IMG/VR virus record: IMGVR_UViG_3300025404_000001
DNA: 20,000 nt
Strand: one strand, 5' to 3'
Origin: an uncultured virus (IMG/VR IMGVR_UViG_3300025404_000001)
Lineage: Duplodnaviria > Heunggongvirae > Uroviricota > Caudoviricetes
Made by a program: the position numbers and the translations under genes. Under the pieces are notes generated by a model. It saw only the letters and a list, made by a program, of their open reading frames with translations. It ran no database searches and was not told the DNA's origin. Positions 1-6,486 of the stretch are shown one piece after another. Position 1 is the first letter of the stretch, and the number at the start of each line of letters is the position of its first letter.

Positions 1-111
1 GGCAGGGGATGCAGAGCGCTTCACCGTTGCTTGCTACATCTTGCCCACCGGAGGCTACCGCTGTCTTGTGATGGGCGTGCCAGCGCCCGGCCACAAGTTT
101 TGTGGGACAGC

Positions 112-216
112 GGTACTCTTTGCGACTCCCGTCATGCGGACGATGGAATTTATGCTGCTCCCTTCCACGAGGGCGGCAACCACTTGGACACGTTTTGCAG
201 TCTAAAGCCGATTCAT
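112..216 (-). pseudogene. N-terminal fragment of an IS1-family-like transposase (HTH region); in-frame TAG at codon 5 and truncated after codon 35
   Basis: Manual translation MNRL*TAKRVQVVAALVEGSSINSIVRMTGVAKST resembles the MNxL...R.Q...L.EG.S..S..R.TGV.K.T N-terminus of IS1-family transposases; the resemblance stops abruptly at ~112. Confidence 0.7.
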
Positions 217-225
217 AATGAAATT

Positions 226-254
226 ATTATAATAAAATTATTATGCGCTGTCAA
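226..254 (-). promoter_or_regulatory. Perfect sigma70 consensus promoter TTGACA-N17-TATAAT in front of the transposase remnant
   Basis: Plus strand tgtcaa 249-254 and attata 226-231, 17-nt spacer; ATG at 216. Confidence 0.8.
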
Positions 255-281
255 GAGGGGAGATAATAATTTTGTGATATT

Positions 282-674
282 ATGAGCAAGTGGACGATCT
301 TCGACTACGTCGATCCGGCGGAAGGGAACCTATTCAGGGAATGGTCCGCCCGACTCCAGAAAAAGGAACTGGCCAAGCTGAACCAAAGGCTAGATTCGCT
401 GGCCATTCACGGGCCGGGACTGATCCCAGGAATTCTTTCGCCTACTGGTATGCCGTCAATCTTCAAATTGAAAATCCACGGCAAGGTTCAATTGAGGCCG
501 ATGTTATGCGAAGGTCCGGGCCGGGACGAAGAGTCTTTCACTCTTCTACTTGGGGCGAAAGAGGTGTCTGACGATTACGACCCAATCGGAGCACCACTGA
601 TAGCATCACGGCTACGTGAATGCTTGATCAAAGACATGCGAAGGAGGGTATTTCATGAGCGAGTTAGTTGGTAA
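282..674 (+). CDS. RelE/ParE-superfamily (HigB/Gp49-like) toxin
   Basis: 130 aa; W.I..Y.D..G.N.F.EW...L start, IFKLKI..KVQLRPML core and FTLLLGAKE strand; overlaps a downstream XRE HTH gene. Confidence 0.7.
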   Translation: MSKWTIFDYVDPAEGNLFREWSARLQKKELAKLNQRLDSLAIHGPGLIPGILSPTGMPSIFKLKIHGKVQLRPMLCEGPGRDEESFTLLLGAKEVSDDYDPIGAPLIASRLRECLIKDMRRRVFHERVSW

Positions 675-1221
675 ATTACGTTCCGAATTTCAAGATGAGG
701 AATACAGGCATTCATACGCTGAAGAGTGCCTGAACACGATGATTGCAACCCAAATCAAGGTGCTGAGAGAGCAAAGAGAAATGACGCAATCTACCTTAGC
801 TAAAAAAGCTGAGATGCTCCAGCCGCGCCTCTCCGTGATGGAGAACGCAGATTACTCAAGTTGGAGTGTAAGCACTCTAAAGAGATTGGCGCGGGCGTTC
901 GATCTAGCTATTACGGTGAAGTTCGAGGAGTTCTCGGAAGTGGTGCTCGATTTTGAGGAGATGAGTAAGGAGACACTTTCGCGTCTTTCGTTCAAAGATG
1001 ATCCGATGTTTCGATCTGCAAAAGTGAAGACTCATCGAGCTTTCCGTCGGAGACGGTATTCAGAATCCGACAGGCAAACAGCCGAGGGCCTACAAATGAA
1101 TAGCCCATTCATGGGGCAGGTGGTTGAATTGCCTCATCCTGTTTCCAGAAACAATGCGGAGTACTCCCAAAATCTAGTAAGAGAGGATTCAAATGAATCT
1201 TGCGTCGGTATCGCTGGCTAG
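655..1221 (+). CDS. XRE-family HTH antitoxin (HigA-like) with a long C-terminal extension
   Basis: IATQIKVLREQREMTQSTLAKKAEMLQPRLSVMEN...SVSTLKRLARAFD is an HTH_3 pattern; N-terminal F.DEEYR..Y helix; ~90 aa tail. Confidence 0.85.
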   Translation: MSELVGKLRSEFQDEEYRHSYAEECLNTMIATQIKVLREQREMTQSTLAKKAEMLQPRLSVMENADYSSWSVSTLKRLARAFDLAITVKFEEFSEVVLDFEEMSKETLSRLSFKDDPMFRSAKVKTHRAFRRRRYSESDRQTAEGLQMNSPFMGQVVELPHPVSRNNAEYSQNLVREDSNESCVGIAG

Positions 1222-1852
1222 ATATTACGGATTGGTTCAAATCGAGGATCTGAATCTTGGGGGAACCGTCTATCTCCCCGAGGTCGGAGCTGCACTGGTT
1301 CAACGATACGGGTTTCTAAAATATCCCACCAAGCCTGAAGAGTTTAACGAAGGCAAGGGAATTGAATTCTTGAATGGCCGCTTGGGTAAACGTGTAATCG
1401 ATAAGCTCATGATCATCGATAGCGGGGTGTACCTCGATACGCAAATCGATACAGCGGCATCGGAAGAACTTTGGTATGAACTGATGAACTGGGCGGTAGA
1501 GACATTCGGTGTCACGTTTAAAAGGGAAATGGTGAAGCACGCTGCCTATGTAAGCACCGTCACGTTCTTTTCGGATGCTCCTATGCTGAAGTTGAATTCG
1601 ATATTTGACGAGATTGGATCTGTCGTGACTTCTGAAGTGGAAAGAAATTTCGGGCGGAAACTAGAATATCAGCCGGCGGTGGTGAGCATTACCTATGACC
1701 AACTTCTAACGAAGTTTGGAACTGCAGCATTCACAGTGCAAAGAAGAGAGGGCGTGTCATTTGGAGATGGGAAATATTTCTCTACCGCCCCTGTAAAGAC
1801 AGAAATCCATCTTGAACTATTGGAGAAATGGGAGAGGGCCGTGGCTCACTAG
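1193..1852 (+). CDS. Hypothetical alpha/beta protein, third gene of the TA operon
   Basis: 219 aa with globular-protein composition, GAGGA RBS, 29-nt overlap with the antitoxin gene. Confidence 0.8.
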   Translation: MNLASVSLARYYGLVQIEDLNLGGTVYLPEVGAALVQRYGFLKYPTKPEEFNEGKGIEFLNGRLGKRVIDKLMIIDSGVYLDTQIDTAASEELWYELMNWAVETFGVTFKREMVKHAAYVSTVTFFSDAPMLKLNSIFDEIGSVVTSEVERNFGRKLEYQPAVVSITYDQLLTKFGTAAFTVQRREGVSFGDGKYFSTAPVKTEIHLELLEKWERAVAH

Positions 1853-2082
1853 AGACGATTCGTCGCTTCTGTAACGATCCGCGCGGCGGCCTGGTTCACG
1901 TCCTCTTTGATAAGATGAATTGCGCTAAACGGGATGCCTTGCAAATGGATTGCTGCATTGCTTTCCAATTTGAGAACGGCAACGCCCCCGGTTTCATCGA
2001 CGCTACCGATGACGTATACGCTCTTTCCGTGTCCGTCTACTAAGTTCTTTTCGCCTATGCGTGGAACGCGTGGAGATGTCAT
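1849..2082 (-). CDS. Small hypothetical protein (IS cargo)
   Basis: 77 aa ORF convergent with the operon (overlapping stop codons); C-terminal helix EDVNQAAARIVTEAT. Confidence 0.55.
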   Translation of the reverse strand: MTSPRVPRIGEKNLVDGHGKSVYVIGSVDETGGVAVLKLESNAAIHLQGIPFSAIHLIKEDVNQAAARIVTEATNRL

Positions 2083-2130
2083 GCCTTAATCATCCCACCG
2101 CCAGACCAAACGCGCTAGACCTGTGGAAAT

Positions 2131-2148
2131 CCAAACTGCACCACTACC
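2131..2148. repeat. Putative terminal inverted repeat of an IS1-family-like element (reads GGTAGTGGTGCAGTTTGG inward)
   Basis: GGTAGTG start resembles IS1-type GGTRATG ends; lies at the cargo/endolysin boundary; the partner IR is not in the window. Confidence 0.55.
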
Positions 2149-2169
2149 AAGCGCTGACATGGGAGCAAG

Positions 2170-2706
2170 GTGGCAAACTGGAAGACGTGTTACGACTTCA
2201 TGATGCAGAACGAAGACTCGCGCCGCGAGCACGCGATAGAGCCGGACGCGGGCGGGCAGGCGATCAGCGGGATTAACTCGGCTGCGTTTCCGCTTCAGTT
2301 CGCCAAGATAGCGGCGCTTCCCCAGGCCGAGCGCGGGCCGGAGGTTGAGGCTTTCTACAGCGCGGCGTTCTGGAACCTATGGTTTGACAAGATCGATAGC
2401 GATGAAGTCGCAAAGCGCGTGTTTGACGCTGTGGTAAATATAGGAATCGTGCCGGCGGTGAAGTGCCTGCAGATCGCGATTAACAGCCTAAAGAGGAAAG
2501 ATCCTTCCGGTCTGCCTGCGGAGATGATGATTGATCAGGATGGTCATTGGGGTCCAGATACCGTCTCTCATGCGAACTACGCGCCACCGGACCAGCTCGT
2601 ATCTGCTTTCCGCACCGCCCGAGAGGCCCACTACCGCGCTATCGTCGCCGCGCATCCTGAGAAGGCGGTCTACCTCGACGCTTGGCTGGCGCGGGCGAGG
2701 AAGTAG
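2170..2706 (+). CDS. Endolysin, glycoside hydrolase family 108-like lysozyme with C-terminal peptidoglycan-binding domain
   Basis: N-terminal ..NE..., D.GG...GI, Y...FW, FD.VN.G, LQ.A.N, DG..GP.T and terminal WL.RA motifs; GGAG RBS before GTG. Confidence 0.85.
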   Translation: MANWKTCYDFMMQNEDSRREHAIEPDAGGQAISGINSAAFPLQFAKIAALPQAERGPEVEAFYSAAFWNLWFDKIDSDEVAKRVFDAVVNIGIVPAVKCLQIAINSLKRKDPSGLPAEMMIDQDGHWGPDTVSHANYAPPDQLVSAFRTAREAHYRAIVAAHPEKAVYLDAWLARARK

Positions 2707-2843
2707 ACTATGCGGCTTCTTCGTATGCGTCCATTGAATCAGTAAGGTAGCAGGACCCATTGCCACGCTTCATATTGGCCCTTGCGGCCAAACTGAGCGC
2801 CACACGCCGAAGCCAAATCCTCCGAACCACCATATAGCCCAAA

Positions 2844-3734
2844 TCACTTCTGCTCCTTTGCTAGTTCGGCGCACAACCCAGCGGCAGATGCTTGAGCTTT
2901 GTATTCCGTGTCCAAGGTCGCCCACCACTTTCCGTCAAGCACTACAATCCAAGACTGTCCGCTTTGTTCCACTATCACGCGCTCCACCGGCTTGCGCGGC
3001 GCGGTGAGACGGGCGCAAAGTTCATCTGTTATATCCTGAGAACAATTTATACCCACATGATTCGAGCGTAGTACTTCTTGCAGAGACTCCCGCACAGCAT
3101 CTAGTGTGACCATGCCGGCGGTGGCGACCTTCGTTCTCGGACAAGGATCCGTTTGCGTGTTCTCTATCCGCTTCGCCGCTCGCCGTCCAATCGCCATCTC
3201 AGCGATTGCTATCGGATCCGACAAACCTTGATACTCTCTGTGGTCGCGTATGGCCATTAGGGCGGAGATTAGGGGGTCGAGCATAACTGGTTTAGGTGTC
3301 TCCTGCGGCTCTGGCGCTTCCTCTCCTGTCGCGTAGGCGATTTCCTGGTCAGTGAGCGCGGTTTTCTGCGGGCTGTGTGTTGGGCAGAAGCCTTTGCCGT
3401 CGCTATCACCACACACTGAGCACGGGCCGTTTGTCTGCGGCTGCGCGATGCGGCGGGATAACACGCCGCGTACTGCTTCTCGTATATCACCAATGAGTTG
3501 GTTGCGCGATTCTTTTGGACCCCAGCTACACAAGTCCTGAAAACGATTGATGCGCGCGCATACCTCATCCGTCAGTGTGGTCGGCTGGGGTTGCCGAACT
3601 ACTGTGAAGCTCACCGAGTTAAATTTCTTGTCGGGGAATTCCTTGACCGTCAGCAATTGACGAGGATCGTCGTTTCCTCCCCAATTTACTTGTGCGTCGT
3701 CTGCTCCGTTGAAAATCACTTTAGTAACTTCCAT
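2844..3734 (-). CDS. Hypothetical mosaic phage protein (CxxC...C..H cluster in the middle)
   Basis: Long ORF (track 2844..3752); likely start ATG 3734 after GAGGA; its stop overlaps a downstream GTG. Confidence 0.6.
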   Translation of the reverse strand: MEVTKVIFNGADDAQVNWGGNDDPRQLLTVKEFPDKKFNSVSFTVVRQPQPTTLTDEVCARINRFQDLCSWGPKESRNQLIGDIREAVRGVLSRRIAQPQTNGPCSVCGDSDGKGFCPTHSPQKTALTDQEIAYATGEEAPEPQETPKPVMLDPLISALMAIRDHREYQGLSDPIAIAEMAIGRRAAKRIENTQTDPCPRTKVATAGMVTLDAVRESLQEVLRSNHVGINCSQDITDELCARLTAPRKPVERVIVEQSGQSWIVVLDGKWWATLDTEYKAQASAAGLCAELAKEQK

Positions 3735-3785
3735 CTCATCCTCCTGCCGCATCGCGCGGCGGTTACGGTCCTGGTCAGGACACAG

Positions 3786-3881
3786 CTATCGGCAAGACCT
3801 CAACAAAAACGGCGCGATAAACAGAGTAAGAAGACCTATAGCTATCGCGACAATCCCGGAGTAATTATCAGTTTTGCTCAC
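3786..3881 (-). CDS. Small membrane protein (31 aa), possibly truncated by TAG
   Basis: MSKTDNYSGIVAIAIGLLTLFIAPFLLRSCR; GTGA overlap with the upstream stop, GGAGG RBS. Confidence 0.45.
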   Translation of the reverse strand: MSKTDNYSGIVAIAIGLLTLFIAPFLLRSCR

Positions 3882-4315
3882 AACCCCTCCTTGTCCCGCG
3901 CCTCTGCGACCGGGGGCGCGAATCCGAACTGCCGCAATTCATGTTTCAAACGCTCCACCTGGGCCTTCAGTGCGGAGTAAGTCGGTGCGTTAACCACCCC
4001 ACCAAGGACCTCGTCGCGCAACTGTTTCGCGCACTCGCCAGCATCCAGAGCGCCGAGTTCATTAGCGAAGAGTTCAATCCGTTCCTTCAGCGCCCCCACC
4101 TGAGCCTCTGCTCGCTCAAGCTCATTTTCCAAATCGCAGGTGTGACAGGAAGGAACCGCGCCAATTTCTGTGCAAGCGTGGCAAAGGCACTCCACATGCC
4201 AATCCTTACCACAAACACCTTTGTTCTTCTTAGCCATCTCCGCGAGGTAGTCGGTGTGCTTGACCCAAGGACCACCCTCATCGAACTGCTGCAATGAATC
4301 ATAACGCTGTATCAT
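3878..4315 (-). CDS. Hypothetical phage protein with Cys-rich segment and coiled coil
   Basis: MIQRYD...GPWVKH.DY start, several CxxC-like motifs; ATGA coupling to the upstream gene. Confidence 0.6.
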   Translation of the reverse strand: MIQRYDSLQQFDEGGPWVKHTDYLAEMAKKNKGVCGKDWHVECLCHACTEIGAVPSCHTCDLENELERAEAQVGALKERIELFANELGALDAGECAKQLRDEVLGGVVNAPTYSALKAQVERLKHELRQFGFAPPVAEARDKEGL

Positions 4316-4692
4316 CCCCGCCACCCCTTCCGTAACTCGGCCAGCCGCGCCTGCTCGTGCACGAGGACTCTAGCTTGCCAGCAGCGCCGCCTGATGCATT
4401 CAACATGATCAAGGCATTCGCGGTGCGATAGTAAATCTTCGAGTTGCTTTATGTTCTCCCCCCCCTGCCGAATCTCTTCCTCGCGCTCGACGGTGAAGTC
4501 GTAGGCGGCTTGCCAACACTCGTTCGCAGTCTCCTTGATGAACCGCTTGCCGGTGCCAAGAAGATACAGGCACCACTCGCCGTCGAAGTCTACTGTCGTC
4601 GGTTGTGTGCTTACCACCCGCTCCCAACGCTCCCGCACATACTCTTCCATCTCGCGCACACTTAGATCGGCCATCACTTCACCGCCCCTCAC
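4312..4692 (-). CDS. Hypothetical phage protein
   Basis: 126 aa ORF coupled on both sides; alternative start ATG 4674. Confidence 0.6.
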   Translation of the reverse strand: MRGGEVMADLSVREMEEYVRERWERVVSTQPTTVDFDGEWCLYLLGTGKRFIKETANECWQAAYDFTVEREEEIRQGGENIKQLEDLLSHRECLDHVECIRRRCWQARVLVHEQARLAELRKGWRG

Positions 4693-4916
4693 TGCTCAAA
4701 CCAGTTCACCAGCCATCCCAACGCAGGCAGGATCACGAACACAACGAACAAACACGCCAACGCGAAAACGCACCGCCGCGCCCAGACCGGCCACGGCCTG
4801 TCCTCGCCCTCCACGCCGTCGTCGCTCAATCCCACCTCGCGCAATGGATCGGGCTCAGTGTCAACGTCATATTCCCTGTGTTGCCACGCTGCGTCTTGAT
4901 GCTCTCTAGGTGTCAT
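4689..4916 (-). CDS. Small membrane protein with C-terminal transmembrane helix
   Basis: CVFALACLFVVFVILPALGWLV hydrophobic stretch after an acidic N-terminus. Confidence 0.55.
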   Translation of the reverse strand: MTPREHQDAAWQHREYDVDTEPDPLREVGLSDDGVEGEDRPWPVWARRCVFALACLFVVFVILPALGWLVNWFEQ

Positions 4917-5127
4917 TGCTTTTCTCTTTCAGCGCCTTGGTCGATAGTTTGACCGTAGGCGCATGAATTGTGTTCATCAACTCAGCCCTTCAATTCTGCG
5001 CTACCACACGTCCTGCCGAAACTGCTGCGGGCGCCTACACCCTTCCAGTGATCGGTAGGCTTGCATCATTTTCCGGCCTGCACCGGCCCGAGTCATAAAC
5101 CTGAATAGTGGACTCGGATGGAAGAAA

Positions 5128-5466
5128 TTACTGGCTAGCCGCTCGATCGCGTGCTGGTATTTGGCCTGGCTTGGCCGGCCACGTTGCTTTTTCTGGTGCA
5201 TTGCGATTGCCCTCGCATAGTGGTTGCTTTGCTCGACCTGCCTGCGCCTGCTCGACCCTGACCCAGCGCAACTCATACCCCAGAGCCCGCGCTACCTTCG
5301 CGCTCATCCGCTGCCCGCCATACAACATTCCCTGCACGTACTCGTGTGTGAAACCTACGCGCCTTGCGAACCTGACCACTCCGCCATACCCCTTGGTAGC
5401 GGCGCAAAGAGCCGTGTGCACTTCACCTTCGTTGACGGCTTCGCGAACGGAATAACCGTGAGGCAT
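5128..5466 (-). CDS. Putative Cro/XRE-like HTH protein
   Basis: GVVRFARRVGFTHEYVQGMLYGGQRMSAKVARALGY resembles an HTH; the C-terminal part looks less protein-like. Confidence 0.55.
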   Translation of the reverse strand: MPHGYSVREAVNEGEVHTALCAATKGYGGVVRFARRVGFTHEYVQGMLYGGQRMSAKVARALGYELRWVRVEQAQAGRAKQPLCEGNRNAPEKATWPAKPGQIPARDRAASQ

Positions 5467-5472
5467 GGCTGG

Positions 5473-5688
5473 TTATATCTCGGATGTGGGTTGTACGGGT
5501 GAGGATGTGAGTGCAGACGACGAGGGCGGCGCGGATGCGGACATGAGCGCAGTCGTCTTACCTGGCTCCCCCGGCTCAAAGTTACCATCCGGGTTATGCT
5601 TGCCTGCATGCCCTCTCTCGCGCATGCAGTAAGTGTTATGACGGTGATTAGAATCGAACCACACCAGTTCCTGACAAAGTTTGAACAT
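5473..5688 (-). CDS. Small hypothetical protein, possible Zn-binding C...GH.G.H motif
   Basis: GGAGG RBS, TAATG coupling; YCMRERGHAGKH. Confidence 0.5.
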   Translation of the reverse strand: MFKLCQELVWFDSNHRHNTYCMRERGHAGKHNPDGNFEPGEPGKTTALMSASAPPSSSALTSSPVQPTSEI

Positions 5689-5903
5689 TACTGTCCCTCC
5701 CAACGTGCGCGTGCCTCAGGTGTGTCGTGAATGAATCCGAGGACGGCTAGAAGCTCGGAGCAAAGGCTACTCTTTTTATCGCCTTGCGCCACAGCGATCA
5801 ATTCTCCCAGTCGCTTGATCTCTGCCTCGCGTTCTGCTTGGAGGTCAACAACCTCTTTGCGCGAGCCGGTGGACATCGTAGTGAACTCAGTTGATGACAG
5901 CAT
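5688..5903 (-). CDS. Small hypothetical protein
   Basis: GGAGG (5912-5916) 8 nt before ATG 5903; helical composition. Confidence 0.55.
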   Translation of the reverse strand: MLSSTEFTTMSTGSRKEVVDLQAEREAEIKRLGELIAVAQGDKKSSLCSELLAVLGFIHDTPEARARWEGQ

Positions 5904-5919
5904 AAAGTGTTCCTCCATT

Positions 5920-6216
5920 TATTCCCGCGGCTCCCGCTTCAAGAACCGGGCCACGCGCGGAAGGTTCGCCAGAACCCTTACTCGTAGCCCGGCTCCTCGT
6001 CGCAGCCGTCAACCTTCCCAAGCGGGGAGTTGAGGTCCGGGCAAGACCTGCGCTCGGAGAGATCGTCGTTCCGCCCCGTGGGCACGCGGAGGGGCTGCGA
6101 AGCCTGTTCGTAAACAGTCTGCCAAAACCACTAGTCCGTTCATCAAGTTTTCCGTTGCCTTCGGTCCGCTCGATAGGTTGTTTACCCGGCTCTGTTATCC
6201 CTAGTGATTCTGACAT
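5920..6216 (-). ncRNA. Candidate structured ncRNA or long structured 5' leader
   Basis: Consecutive stems: 15 bp (6201-6215/6120-6134), UACG hairpin (6101-6120), 8-bp-closed multibranch domain (6093-6100/6000-6007), 13 bp (5983-5995/5943-5955); G-U pairs form only on the minus strand; begins at a predicted TSS. Confidence 0.6.
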
Positions 6217-6222
6217 ACCACC

Positions 6223-6251
6223 AACCTACACCCATTTCTTTCTCTTGTCAA
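6223..6251 (-). promoter_or_regulatory. sigma70-like promoter TTGACA-N17-TAGGTT
   Basis: tgtcaa 6246-6251 and aaccta 6223-6228 on the plus strand, 17-nt spacer. Confidence 0.65.
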
Positions 6252-6291
6252 CCCCCAGAACGTCTTCGATACTGATTTTATTTGCAAACTT

Positions 6292-6486
6292 TCATTTCTT
6301 TGTTCTCGGCCTGACAAATTCCGCGGCGATTCGCCGATCCAATTCGTACTGTTTTACATCCGACACGCAGTACACCACTCGCCGCCCGAGTTTGATATAA
6401 GGGCAGCCTTTCCTTTGGTTCCGCAGATTCGCAAGGTAACCGACGCTGGTGTGCCATCTAGCGGCGAGTTGCTCGGGTGTAATCAT
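6292..6486 (-). CDS. HTH_17/AlpA-type excisionase-like DNA-binding protein
   Basis: MITPEQLAARW..S..YLAN.R....G.PYIKLGRRVVY...DV..Y; ATGA overlap with the primase stop. Confidence 0.85.
   Translation of the reverse strand: MITPEQLAARWHTSVGYLANLRNQRKGCPYIKLGRRVVYCVSDVKQYELDRRIAAEFVRPRTKK

Larger units (their letters stand above)
112..2148. mobile_element. Degraded IS1-family-like element with passenger genes; right end at ~2148, left part interrupted or outside the window
   Basis: Transposase remnant at 112-216, divergent lower-GC cargo genes, and a terminal IR-like sequence CCAAACTGCACCACTACC at 2131-2148. Confidence 0.6.

Noticed and set aside
31..285. 84-aa plus-strand ORF
   Set aside because: Antisense to the transposase remnant and runs through the AT-rich promoter region
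6000..6100. tRNA gene
   Set aside because: Cloverleaf-like but lacks the TTC T-loop, D-loop consensus, 7-nt anticodon loop and CCA end
6192..6203. TAGGGATAACAG match to the I-SceI site / 23S rRNA motif
   Set aside because: Only 12 nt match and the flanks do not continue; likely chance
5887..6216. 109-aa leaderless CDS starting at the predicted TSS
   Set aside because: R/S/G/P-rich composition is not protein-like and the region is better explained by RNA stems; not fully excluded
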